Positions 26,988 through 36,514 of a stretch of 64,000 bases of DNA are shown here, piece by piece (positions within the stretch are counted from its first letter, which is position 1; each line of letters begins with the position of its first letter). Source of the DNA: a virus. The stretch lies in UHGV virus genome UHGV-0277313. One strand, given 5' to 3'. A program made the position numbers and the translations under genes. The notes beneath the pieces are model-generated. The model was not told where the DNA came from, did not search any database, and saw only the letters and a program-made list of their open reading frames with translations.

Positions 26988-28930
26988 TAGAACCGCACCT
27001 TTGCTTCATCATATGAAATCACTTCAATACCTAAATCTTTTGCTTTTTTCACTTTTGATGAAGATGAATTTGGATCTTTTGCAATAACTAAATTGCATTC
27101 TTTTGAAACAGATGACAATACAACACCACCGTTTTGTTTGATATTCTGTTCCATATCTTTGTCACGAACACCAGTAAAAACCACTTTTACATCTTTGAAT
27201 TTATCAGACAATTTCTCTACAGTCTTGAATACAACAATGTTCTTTAAATGTTTTTCACAAAAAGACTTCCAATAGCGTAAATTACTCAAACCTGATTCAT
27301 ACTTTTTAATAGTCTCTTCGGCAAAACCAGGAATTGATTCAAGTTGTTCTTTTGTAACATCTAAAGTCCCAAAAACTTCAAAAACTTTTTCCAAACGTTT
27401 TTCAGCTATTAATGAACCAAAAACATCAACAGCAGCAAAGAATGCGGGTTCAGTTACATTAGACAATTTGTCACGTAATGACTGAAACAACCTCTTTCCA
27501 TTTACACCAATTGCTTTTACAAACCTTGATTCAGGTTCAATTAAAAAATTTTCTAACGTGTAATCTTTTTCTTTAATGAATGATGTATTCATCATTTTAA
27601 TAACATTTGCTAAACCAGCTTGTTCAACTTTTAAAGACGAACAAAAATATGCAATCTTTTTAGCTGATACTAATGAATACAAATCATCTAATGAACCATC
27701 ATTTACATTTCTGTCCAAACATAAATCAACACCTTCAACATGTGAATGATTTTTGATGTTTTCAGCAATCCCAAAATCACTTGAATGAGTTAAAACTTCT
27801 ACAACATTTGGAATTACTTCACCACAGCGTTTAATTACAACTTCAGATCCAATCCCAATGCCATTATCTTCAATCCATTGATAATTATTCATTGTTGCTC
27901 TTGATACTGTTACACCATTCAAATCAACAGGTGCAAGAATTGCAACAGGTTTTAGTTTATAGTCTTTAGAAGGATTCCATTCTATATCTTCTACAACTGT
28001 TTTGGCTTCTAAATTTGTTGCCCCAATTTTAAATTTTCTGGAATCTTTAGGGTTTAAAGTTCCTGTTTCATTTCCTTTATGTTTTGCATCAGGATTATTC
28101 AATGTTAAAATAATACCGTCGCATTCATACGGATCGTTTTCTTTAACGTTTTTAACGGTTTCAATCAAGAAATCTTCCGTAATTTCTGATCCTTTTAAAA
28201 CACCATGAACATTTGCAACAAGAAAACCTGCAGCCTTCAAAATATCTAAAGATTCTTTAAAAGTTGATATTTCATCAACATAATCAATTAATTTATATGT
28301 CACAAAATTTGCATATTTATAAAAAGCTTTTGTTGCTACTTTTGAATTCATTTGACCAGCAACTGCATTACGGGCGTTTTTATAACGTTTACCTGTTTCT
28401 TCTTCGACTTCATCAATAAACTTTTCAATATCAGCTTTCGGTATGATAATTTCGCCACGAACTTTTCCTTCAGGAATATACCCCTTCACCTTAAATTTAT
28501 TATAGTGACGAGTAATATCAGCTCCTTCAATACCATTTCCACGTGACTGCGCACACTTTAACTTTCCATTTTCAAAAGTTAAGCCACAAGAAATTCCATC
28601 TAATTTCGAAGTGATGACGTACTCACTATCGTCTTGTTTCCACTTTTCCCAATCACCAGATTTCAATTCATTCATTGAACCCATTGTGAATTCAAGCGGA
28701 ACTTTACTTCCACGTTCAGGTGCACCAACCTCATTAAAAAATTCATCATTAGGAAACTTTTGTTTAAAGAAGTTATACATCTGATCATATAATGCATCAG
28801 TGACTTCATCACCAACATTAGCTGAAAAGTCTTCACCTTGCAGAATCTGAACATCTTCATCTGTCAAAGTGTACACATCACCAACATTATAACTATCAGC
28901 GCATTTTCTTAAAACATCTAAAACTTGCAT
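26987..28930 (-). CDS. ligA: NAD-dependent DNA ligase (LigA family)
   Basis: Adenylation motif ITSKLDGIS (KxDG), OB-fold signature VVIKRCGEVIPNVVEV (cf. E. coli RRAGDVIPQVV), C-terminal BRCT-like domain. Confidence 0.75.
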   Translation of the reverse strand: MQVLDVLRKCADSYNVGDVYTLTDEDVQILQGEDFSANVGDEVTDALYDQMYNFFKQKFPNDEFFNEVGAPERGSKVPLEFTMGSMNELKSGDWEKWKQDDSEYVITSKLDGISCGLTFENGKLKCAQSRGNGIEGADITRHYNKFKVKGYIPEGKVRGEIIIPKADIEKFIDEVEEETGKRYKNARNAVAGQMNSKVATKAFYKYANFVTYKLIDYVDEISTFKESLDILKAAGFLVANVHGVLKGSEITEDFLIETVKNVKENDPYECDGIILTLNNPDAKHKGNETGTLNPKDSRKFKIGATNLEAKTVVEDIEWNPSKDYKLKPVAILAPVDLNGVTVSRATMNNYQWIEDNGIGIGSEVVIKRCGEVIPNVVEVLTHSSDFGIAENIKNHSHVEGVDLCLDRNVNDGSLDDLYSLVSAKKIAYFCSSLKVEQAGLANVIKMMNTSFIKEKDYTLENFLIEPESRFVKAIGVNGKRLFQSLRDKLSNVTEPAFFAAVDVFGSLIAEKRLEKVFEVFGTLDVTKEQLESIPGFAEETIKKYESGLSNLRYWKSFCEKHLKNIVVFKTVEKLSDKFKDVKVVFTGVRDKDMEQNIKQNGGVVLSSVSKECNLVIAKDPNSSSSKVKKAKDLGIEVISYDEAKVRF

Positions 28931-28995
28931 GTTAAACCCCTACCCATTGAAAGTAAACTGATTCTAGAACAAAATAGCTTAATTGTCAACATAAA

Positions 28996-29020
28996 AGAAA
29001 CGGGGCTTTCGCCCCGTTTC
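28996..29020 (-). terminator. rho-independent terminator downstream of recombinase gene
   Basis: On minus strand GGGGC-GAAA-GCCCC followed by GTTTCTTTTAT. Confidence 0.65.
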
Positions 29021-29021
29021 G

Positions 29022-30272
29022 TTATACATCAATTTTGTCTAAAGCTTCATCAAGTTTACTATCAAGTTCATCAGATTTTGCTTTTGATTCGCTTGACGTT
29101 TCTTTTGCCTTGAGCAAGTCATCTAATTCAAGATACAACTTTTTTAACAAAGTTTCATATTTAATTCGCCACATTTCATGTTCAGCAGATTTATTATAAT
29201 AAGCTGCATATTCTATCAGTTTCATCAAATACGGATCTTCACGCAACTTAACAGTCAACTTTTTAGTTCCGTTGATTTTGCAATATTCATTATTATGATG
29301 ATCAATTACTGTAATCCATGCACCAGAACCAGTTATAAAAGGTTGAGCATTACCATTTTCCATCGCAAAAGTTGCAGCAGAAGCGTATTTGTCAAACCCT
29401 TCAATTAGATTCATAATAACAGGTACAGGTTTAGCAACACCTGTCACTTTGTTTTTCAACATATCCAATTCAACTTCGTACCCAATGATTGGATTTTTCA
29501 TATTGTCATCTTTATAAATAGGCGCACGTCTTTTAACAAACACTCGTGATGAACAATAATGTTTTAGAGCCTGACCACCAGTTGTTGACCACTTCATGTT
29601 TCCATACATGTCTTTACCAGCTTCACGAACCTGTTGAATGATGATAGCTGAATGACCATATTGGGCACAACGATAGTTTAATTTTCTTAATTCACGTGAA
29701 TTAATTCGAGCATTTAACATCATACCAGACCCATAAACATCGTCACTTTCCATTTCTTGACGAGGACCTGCTGCTGTCAACGTATCCCAAACAATCAGTA
29801 AAGGTACTTTGTCACCATACTTTTCGTATACTTTTGTTTGTACTTTAGCAATTTGGTCGTAACCTTCTTCCATAATTGCTGTTTCAAATACAATAACACG
29901 ACTTAAATCAATACCAATCATTTCACAACGAATTTTATCCATCGTTGATTCTGATTCAATACGTAAACACAATGCATGTTTATTTGTTTTAAGCCAACTA
30001 GCAACAACACTATCACATAAAGTTGATTTACCATGCGATTCAGGGCCTGAAATTTCATATGTACGACCTCTTGTAATGCCACCACCAAAAGCAAGATCAA
30101 GCGGAATCAAACCTGTGGAAATCATTTTACTAGGATCAACAGATTCAATGTCATTAGCACTAATTGCTTCAATTTCTTTGTCACCACATAACAAATCACT
30201 AACAAGATCAATATTGTCTAGTTCAGATTCATCTTCGATACGTTTTACTGGTTCTTCTTTCTTTTTAGCCAT
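29022..30272 (-). CDS. uvsX: UvsX/RecA-family recombinase
   Basis: GLIPLDLAFGGGITRGRTYEISGPESHGKST (Walker A) and GGQALKHYCSSRVFVKRR align with RecA [26 protein letters not shown] and GGNALKFYASVRLDIRR. Confidence 0.85.
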   Translation of the reverse strand: MAKKKEEPVKRIEDESELDNIDLVSDLLCGDKEIEAISANDIESVDPSKMISTGLIPLDLAFGGGITRGRTYEISGPESHGKSTLCDSVVASWLKTNKHALCLRIESESTMDKIRCEMIGIDLSRVIVFETAIMEEGYDQIAKVQTKVYEKYGDKVPLLIVWDTLTAAGPRQEMESDDVYGSGMMLNARINSRELRKLNYRCAQYGHSAIIIQQVREAGKDMYGNMKWSTTGGQALKHYCSSRVFVKRRAPIYKDDNMKNPIIGYEVELDMLKNKVTGVAKPVPVIMNLIEGFDKYASAATFAMENGNAQPFITGSGAWITVIDHHNNEYCKINGTKKLTVKLREDPYLMKLIEYAAYYNKSAEHEMWRIKYETLLKKLYLELDDLLKAKETSSESKAKSDELDSKLDEALDKIDV

Positions 30273-30330
30273 TAGAATTCCTCATTAAAAATGAAGGGCA
30301 GACAATATTTATTGCCTACCCTTCGGCAAA

Positions 30331-31635
30331 TTAATCAACGATACCCAATTCTTTTGTATGATCAATACCTGTCAACGCCTTAATGCACAATGCACAATTT
30401 GAAGAGAAAGGATCGATTAAACAATCGTAATTATTTAAAGCATCGTATTTGTCATGACGACCAAAACACTGCATTTTACAGCCATCACGATATTTTTCAA
30501 CAATCGCCTGTTGCTGTGGTGTTAAATGATCATAGTCAATATTTACAGACGGCGCAGCTGCAACTGGCTGTTCTGGTTGAGTGACTGTTCCTGCAACCGC
30601 CTGTGTGTCAAAAGGGATTTCGTCATCCAAAATTTCTGAATTCTGCATTCCCTGATTATACGTATTAAATGTCGGCTGCTGCACATTTGGTGCTAATGAT
30701 ACATTCTGAACAGGCTGCTGCATTGGCATCTGAACAGGTTGCTGAACAAACTGCGGTTGCATATTCATTGCCGGTACTGCCTGCTGCAACGGATTCACAA
30801 TAGGAATCTGTTTAGTAACAGCAACAGGTGCAGGTGCTTCTGAAACAGATACAGCAGACATCTGGTTAACTGAATTTTCAATCAAACCTTTGGCACGCAA
30901 AATCTTTTCTTTTACTTCTTTTGCTGTCTGTTTAATTGTCATCATTTTTTCATCAGACGGAAGTTTAAAAATCTTCTTCAACTGAATTCTTTCGTTTTCA
31001 GCAAGCAATTCATCACGATTTTCAACTGAACCACCCAAAATACCACACTGTGGCATTGAAGAATCCATCAGCTTAACATTCCAATGTTTTTCTTTCTCGC
31101 CACGTGACAAAACATAGGCGACGCCAACATTAGGATCTAAAACATCAGGAGAATCAGGACTGTTATAAAGCGTTGCAATGCTCTGGAAAACAGGCAAAGG
31201 AACTTTAAAAAATGAAATCTTATTCATTGGTAAAGAATCTTCATTTGGTGCTTCCATCATTAAGACTTTCATTGCAACCATTTTTGAAGCCTTCATTTTC
31301 CAAAAACCTTTAACATCAACGCCCATATTTTCTAATTCGCGAAAAGCTTCGCAAACAGGGCAGATAGCACCTGGTGCATCAAAATTCTCTACACAGGGGA
31401 CGTATTTTGATTTCTCATCATCATTAAATTTAATCCAATGATTACCGACAAACTCACCAAAAAAATTATTCTGATCGGCCGTCATTGGCATAATACGAAA
31501 AACATAACGGCCAAATCTTTCCAAATTAAAGAATTTAGATTTTTCATATTCTCCCGATTCGTTTTTCTGACCATTAACCGTTTCAAACTTTTTATTCAAA
31601 ATTGCCAGTCTTGCTGGATCTAACGCTACTTTCAT
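30331..31635 (-). CDS. gp32-like single-stranded DNA-binding protein with Q/P-rich C-terminal extension
   Basis: H...C...CPVC zinc-binding pattern (NHWIKF...CVENFDAPGAICPVCE) and SFFKVPLPVFQ resemble T4 gp32 core; adjacent to uvsX. Confidence 0.65.
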   Translation of the reverse strand: MKVALDPARLAILNKKFETVNGQKNESGEYEKSKFFNLERFGRYVFRIMPMTADQNNFFGEFVGNHWIKFNDDEKSKYVPCVENFDAPGAICPVCEAFRELENMGVDVKGFWKMKASKMVAMKVLMMEAPNEDSLPMNKISFFKVPLPVFQSIATLYNSPDSPDVLDPNVGVAYVLSRGEKEKHWNVKLMDSSMPQCGILGGSVENRDELLAENERIQLKKIFKLPSDEKMMTIKQTAKEVKEKILRAKGLIENSVNQMSAVSVSEAPAPVAVTKQIPIVNPLQQAVPAMNMQPQFVQQPVQMPMQQPVQNVSLAPNVQQPTFNTYNQGMQNSEILDDEIPFDTQAVAGTVTQPEQPVAAAPSVNIDYDHLTPQQQAIVEKYRDGCKMQCFGRHDKYDALNNYDCLIDPFSSNCALCIKALTGIDHTKELGIVD

Positions 31636-31647
31636 GATTCACCTATA

Positions 31648-32103
31648 CTAAACATTATTTGACAAGATTTTATTTGTGGAATTCAAAACAAAATACAAAT
31701 CAGTCAGAGTCGATACCCACTTTGTACAACATCTATTCTGCTTTAACAGAGAAGCGTATTTTGAATTGGTATTCTCAAGGTCAAAGGATTCTCTAGTTGC
31801 TTTAATCAACTCCTCCGTATACTTTAACCCTTGTTGTTTGATACTATTAAAAGCGTTTAAATATGCTACAGAATCTTGCTTTCTTAATGCTGCTTCAGTT
31901 TTGATCCTCATATTTTCCAATTCATTTTTAAAAAAAACTATATCGGTCAATATTACTGTTCGATCATCTAAATTCTTTCGATTAAAGTTTCTTGCGCTTT
32001 CTAACAATGCATAAAAAGTAACCGCAGTATCCTCTTCAGCAAAAACACAAGACATCTCTTCAACCAACTTTCCTTCAGAATAAAACTGTGAAATTGTTGA
32101 CAT
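31648..32103 (-). CDS. hypothetical protein
   Basis: 151-aa ORF. Confidence 0.4.
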   Translation of the reverse strand: MSTISQFYSEGKLVEEMSCVFAEEDTAVTFYALLESARNFNRKNLDDRTVILTDIVFFKNELENMRIKTEAALRKQDSVAYLNAFNSIKQQGLKYTEELIKATRESFDLENTNSKYASLLKQNRCCTKWVSTLTDLYFVLNSTNKILSNNV

Positions 32104-32203
32104 TAAAGAAACCTCCGATTCCTTGACTTGTTCAACCGCTTTTTGCGGGTAATGAATAACTTATCAAAGAATCGAAGGTTTTGCAAGAAGTATTTTTAAA
32201 ATT

Positions 32204-32446
32204 TTAAAATTTATATGTTCCAGACCACACACCTGTTGCATCTTGGACATGCAAAGTCACGTCACTTAACTCAACAGTATCATTCTTAAAAACTTCAATT
32301 TCATTGCCTTTTCCTAAAACTTCATCTTGCGATTGCATCATTCGCAAAGATTTAGAAATATTTTCTTTTAAAGGTTTTATTTTGAAACGTTTTTTCTTTT
32401 TATCAACTGTGATTTCAGCTTCATCATTTTTAAAATAAAAAATCAT
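32204..32446 (-). CDS. hypothetical protein
   Basis: 80-aa ORF. Confidence 0.35.
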   Translation of the reverse strand: MIFYFKNDEAEITVDKKKKRFKIKPLKENISKSLRMMQSQDEVLGKGNEIEVFKNDTVELSDVTLHVQDATGVWSGTYKF

Positions 32447-32453
32447 TTTAACC

Positions 32454-32699
32454 TCAAATGATTGGTGAATTTAGAATTTTAACAATATAGTCATCTAGAA
32501 ACAATGTCAACAATTCTCTTTTGTTAACAACATCAAATTTTTTATAAAGCTTTTTAATTTGATATTCTAAAGTTGGTTTAATAATATTTAACTCTTTTGA
32601 AATTTCTGAATTTGAATACCCATAAACCATTAACTTTAGAATGCTTCTTTCTTTTTCATCTGTATCTTGCAATGCAAAATAAATAGCATCTTTTGACAT
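32454..32699 (-). CDS. LuxR/GerE-type HTH DNA-binding protein (sigma region-4-like)
   Basis: ERSILKLMVYGYSNSEISKELNIIKPTLEYQIKKLYKKFDVVNKRELL matches LuxR-family HTH. Confidence 0.55.
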   Translation of the reverse strand: MSKDAIYFALQDTDEKERSILKLMVYGYSNSEISKELNIIKPTLEYQIKKLYKKFDVVNKRELLTLFLDDYIVKILNSPII

Positions 32700-33491
32700 T
32701 TATTTAGGCTTTCTTAATCCGTAATTGCGCCATGTATCATCAGCAACAGCAATACTTTTTAAAATTAAACTGGGATCTACACCTAATTTAATCAAATTCA
32801 TTCCAATAATTTCTTTTATTTTACTCATTTTGGAATACTCAATACCTAATTCTTCGCAAATTACTTTTGCTGGTATTCCTTTATTTTTATGTGGATTCTT
32901 TGGGTTTGTAATTCGAAGCCATTTTTCATATCTGGCTTCCGTACTATCTGAAGGTGAAATTGATTCTTTTAAATAACCGATTGTTTCGTACGGCATTTCA
33001 GATACTTCTAAATTCTGAATCAATCTTTCTACTAGATTATTTGCTTCTGAAACACTTTCTTCATCTTGATAGTATGTGATTTGGATAGGTGCATCTGTCG
33101 TACTAAATTCATAAATATCTTTTTCTGGATTTCGTTCATCTGAATCATCTAAACTATTGATGAACATTGAAGTATCTTTTTTCTTTGAAAATTCCATACT
33201 TAAGTCTGCAAATCTATTATGAATAATTCTAACAGCCATAAATATCAAATCTTGAATAGTTGCATCCTCACGTAAAATTGTTAATTCAAATTCATATTGT
33301 CGAAACACTCTCAAAGCCTTCAGCTTTAACTCTTGTTTGTAATCGTCAGTCGTTCCTATAGCGTTTCTTAAACGGAATGCAAATTTATTAATATATTTAT
33401 CAAGATGCTGAATAGCTAGCAAACAACAATTATCATAATTTCGACATGTTAAAATAATCTTTTTTTCATCTTTTGTCAGTTGTCTAGGCAT
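32700..33491 (-). CDS. putative transcription regulator with C-terminal HTH (sigma-factor-like?)
   Basis: C-terminal PAKVICEELGIEYSKMSKIKEIIGMNLIKLG HTH-like; immediately upstream of LuxR-type ORF; weak. Confidence 0.3.
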   Translation of the reverse strand: MPRQLTKDEKKIILTCRNYDNCCLLAIQHLDKYINKFAFRLRNAIGTTDDYKQELKLKALRVFRQYEFELTILREDATIQDLIFMAVRIIHNRFADLSMEFSKKKDTSMFINSLDDSDERNPEKDIYEFSTTDAPIQITYYQDEESVSEANNLVERLIQNLEVSEMPYETIGYLKESISPSDSTEARYEKWLRITNPKNPHKNKGIPAKVICEELGIEYSKMSKIKEIIGMNLIKLGVDPSLILKSIAVADDTWRNYGLRKPK

Positions 33492-33573
33492 AAGTTATCC
33501 CTTTAACTTGATTTAAAATTCAAGTTAAAGTTTAACGGCTACAAATATTATGTCAAACAAAAAAATTACAAAC

Positions 33574-34536
33574 TTAAGATTGCGTTATTTTATTGAAACT
33601 CTTGAAGTATAATTTTAAGAAATGTCTGTACTCAATTCTCTTTTTATACCTATCAGAATACGAATCAGGCTTCATATTATCAGGATCTTCGTCGCCATTT
33701 AATTTAATTATTGTAACTGTTCCATTATAAAATTTTCTTAAGGTTTTGTAATTATTTATAATTTCAGCTCGTGAAACATCCCCGTCGAAACTAAACGAAA
33801 TTTCCGTTGGGTTTTTCGACGCGATAATTCTTGCTTGCGAATCAGCTAATACTTTACCAAAAATAGATACTGCAGTCACATCTTCAGGTGTATTACGGTT
33901 AGCTGCAATACCCGAAAAAACACCTTCAGTAATAATTACTTTACCATTTGTTGATACATTCTGAATATTCCAAACAGCAAATGATTTGTGACTTCCTTGA
34001 GGATTGATATATTTTGCTTCAGGGTTTTCTGATACATAATCACGTGCAACTAAATAAACAACGTTATTATTCAAATCAAACGTCGGAACAATAATCCTTC
34101 CCCGATATCTTCCTTGCCCAATACGGATATCGTATTTTTTAATTTCTTCAAACGTTATATTTCTTGAACGCAGATACTCAACTGCATTAACAAATGAACG
34201 ATCTATTTTTACTGAAATATTGTCCAAATCAATCAATTCAGCTTGAATTAACAGACCACTCGGTGATGTATATTTTATACGCTGTTTAGTATCAATGTTG
34301 TCTAGTTTATATCTTAATAATGCACCACCATTTACATAACCTTGTAATAGCTGATCTACTCTTCCAGACCACCCACATCGATAACAATGAAATACGTTTT
34401 TTTCAAGTGATAAACTTAATTTATAATCATCATAACGTTTACCTAACATTTTACAATTTGGACAATGTGTCACATATTGATCGACATTCGATGTTAAGCT
34501 TACATCTCTCAAACTTTCAACGCGTACATCACACAT
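33574..34536 (-). CDS. DNA primase (gp61-like: zinc ribbon + TOPRIM)
   Basis: CPNCK...HCYRCGWSG zinc ribbon; TOPRIM-like IITEGVFSGIAANR...FSFDGD; directly downstream of DnaB-like helicase as in T4 41-61. Confidence 0.65.
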   Translation of the reverse strand: MCDVRVESLRDVSLTSNVDQYVTHCPNCKMLGKRYDDYKLSLSLEKNVFHCYRCGWSGRVDQLLQGYVNGGALLRYKLDNIDTKQRIKYTSPSGLLIQAELIDLDNISVKIDRSFVNAVEYLRSRNITFEEIKKYDIRIGQGRYRGRIIVPTFDLNNNVVYLVARDYVSENPEAKYINPQGSHKSFAVWNIQNVSTNGKVIITEGVFSGIAANRNTPEDVTAVSIFGKVLADSQARIIASKNPTEISFSFDGDVSRAEIINNYKTLRKFYNGTVTIIKLNGDEDPDNMKPDSYSDRYKKRIEYRHFLKLYFKSFNKITQS

Positions 34537-35408
34537 TATTTAACACCATTAGCAGCTTTTTTCATTTCCTTAACGTCATACGGCTCACATTCTTTCACTT
34601 GATTAGCCGCTTTATCAAAGTTTACATACACAGTTGTATTTGTTTTACCACGACGGGCTTTAGCAACATATAATCTCATTTTACCATTGTCAGACTCTTC
34701 ACGAGTTTGGTTTAATGTAACAATGCCATATGCCACATGCGCTTTTCTTGATGAATCAGCTAACATGTCTTGCGATGCCACTTCATTGTCTTCAGTGTTC
34801 CATGCAGCCTTTCCTAACTGTGAACCTGTAACAACAGGACAATTAAATTGGTCAGCTAACGCCTTCAAGTCATAAAAAATTGTACCCATTTCTTCATATG
34901 TACTTTCAGATGACCGTCGCGTTTGTTTGTTCGGTAACATTAAATCTGCATAGTCTACAATAATTAAACCAGGTTCAAAATTTTCCAAAGAATGTAACTT
35001 CGTCAAATATGTTCTCAAATGATTAGCAGATACTGTTTTATTAGAATAATAAATAGTCCTTACATTAGGTGCCCAATATTTAATTTTCTGCACACGCTGT
35101 TTGTATTTTTCAATTTGTGATTCATCCAATAAATCTCTCATTGACATACCAGTTGAACAGGAAATGATATTTGATAACACTTCCTTTTCAGACCACTCAA
35201 ACGAAAAATACACAACCGGGCGTCTCTGAAACATTGCCTGATATGCCAAAAAGCTCAAGAACTTACTTTTTCCACGACCAGGCGCTCCGCAGTTTTTACT
35301 GTAAAAACAATGACTTAGCTCGAAGTTGTGATACTTATTATTCACCGTCAAATTGTAAACAGGCACCTTTTCATCAAGGTGAATGCGTTTTTTATTTACT
35401 AATTTCAT
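34536..35408 (-). CDS. gp41/DnaB-like replicative helicase, C-terminal fragment (split-intein Int-C + RecA-like ATPase domain)
   Basis: MKLVNKKRIHLDEKVPVYNLTVNNKYHNFELSHCFYSKN (Int-C) then CGAPGRGKSKF (Walker A) and DnaB-like ATPase fold; ATG at 35408 with AAGGAAG RBS (track start 35411 is TTG). Confidence 0.8.
   Translation of the reverse strand: MKLVNKKRIHLDEKVPVYNLTVNNKYHNFELSHCFYSKNCGAPGRGKSKFLSFLAYQAMFQRRPVVYFSFEWSEKEVLSNIISCSTGMSMRDLLDESQIEKYKQRVQKIKYWAPNVRTIYYSNKTVSANHLRTYLTKLHSLENFEPGLIIVDYADLMLPNKQTRRSSESTYEEMGTIFYDLKALADQFNCPVVTGSQLGKAAWNTEDNEVASQDMLADSSRKAHVAYGIVTLNQTREESDNGKMRLYVAKARRGKTNTTVYVNFDKAANQVKECEPYDVKEMKKAANGVK
35292..35408 (-). mobile_element. split-intein C-half (Int-C, 39 aa) of helicase
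   Basis: DnaE-Int-C-like sequence ending ...HCFYSKN followed by +1 Cys. Confidence 0.75.
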
Positions 35409-35518
35409 CAATTACTTCCTTACTTAAACCCAACTTCAGAACATAATCCAAATCGTTTTTGTATAAAAACTTCAGTGATGTTATCACAAAATCAGACAGT
35501 TCGTCAACCTTTAATGTT

Positions 35519-36475
35519 TTAAAATTCATCATCTTCCGACAAATCTTCCGCTTTTTTATATGCAACACCTTCTGACCATATAACTTTTTCATCACCTTTT
35601 TTTGGATTTGTAATTCTAAATTTATGATCAGGTGTACATTTAATTGTATACCCATTATCAAAAGTTAATTCGATCAATTCGTCTGTATCTCTAGTTTTCC
35701 ATACATTATAAATATCAGTTTCGAAAGAGTTTCCATTCTCATCAACTGAATAGGCTTTTTTATCTTTAAAGTTGTTTACCAAATCTTTGATTTCGATGAA
35801 ACCTTTATTTGTTTTCACTTTTGTATCACCTGTTAAACAGAATACATACAGTTCACCTTTTGCAATGCCGCCACCAAAAGCGTCATCTAATGAAGGAATG
35901 CCTGTTGTGAACATATTATCTTTGCCATAACTGTCACGTAACATTTGAGGTAATTCATCAAGTGAACTAACCAAATCTAACCCAAGATTTGTTCCTGCAC
36001 CAACAGACAATGCATCATCGATAATAGATACGGCTTTTTCGTAATCATTTGTTTTATCATACATATCGACCAATTTACCAATTGCATCACGCATTGCAAC
36101 GCTTTTAGCAAAATCTAAAGCTTGATCTTTTATGTACTGTGCGTCTTCAATAACAGTTGTTGTTAAGCTACGAATCACTGAAGCAAAATTTTCTTGTTCG
36201 ACAATAGGAATTGCATATTTACTCGTATAATTATTCAATTCAGTCAACAAAACAGATTCAGTCGGTTTTGTATGATACTGTTCGTAATATGAAATAATCC
36301 ACTGACAAATATTTTGCAAATAGACATTATCAAAAAAAGAAGGTTTAATTAATTCCACGCCAACTGTTGATAAATAGGTGAAATCTTGAAATAATAATGC
36401 AACAATCTTTTTCTGCATTTCAACTTCAAAATTATATGTTGTATCCTGTACAACTTCTTCGTTTTCATTGTCCAT
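35519..36475 (-). CDS. gp41/DnaB-like replicative helicase, N-terminal fragment (DnaB N-domain + split-intein Int-N)
   Basis: DnaB N-terminal-like domain; ...GGGIAKGELYVF then CLTGDTKVKT...IKCTPDHKF... to stop. Confidence 0.8.
   Translation of the reverse strand: MDNENEEVVQDTTYNFEVEMQKKIVALLFQDFTYLSTVGVELIKPSFFDNVYLQNICQWIISYYEQYHTKPTESVLLTELNNYTSKYAIPIVEQENFASVIRSLTTTVIEDAQYIKDQALDFAKSVAMRDAIGKLVDMYDKTNDYEKAVSIIDDALSVGAGTNLGLDLVSSLDELPQMLRDSYGKDNMFTTGIPSLDDAFGGGIAKGELYVFCLTGDTKVKTNKGFIEIKDLVNNFKDKKAYSVDENGNSFETDIYNVWKTRDTDELIELTFDNGYTIKCTPDHKFRITNPKKGDEKVIWSEGVAYKKAEDLSEDDEF
35522..35839 (-). mobile_element. split-intein N-half (Int-N, 106 aa) of helicase
   Basis: CLTGDTKVKTNKGFIEIKDL...TIKCTPDHKFRI...; Cys codon position verified (aca at 35837-35839 on + strand). 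Confidence 0.75.
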
Positions 36476-36514
36476 AACTTTTTCCTTTTAAAAGAGAACT
36501 ACGGTTACCTTATA

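Noticed and set aside
35392-35661. 89-aa ORF spanning the DnaB split junction
   Set aside because: Mostly overlaps the helicase N-fragment out of frame. Only its last about 45 codons lie in the spacer, and nothing supports expression.
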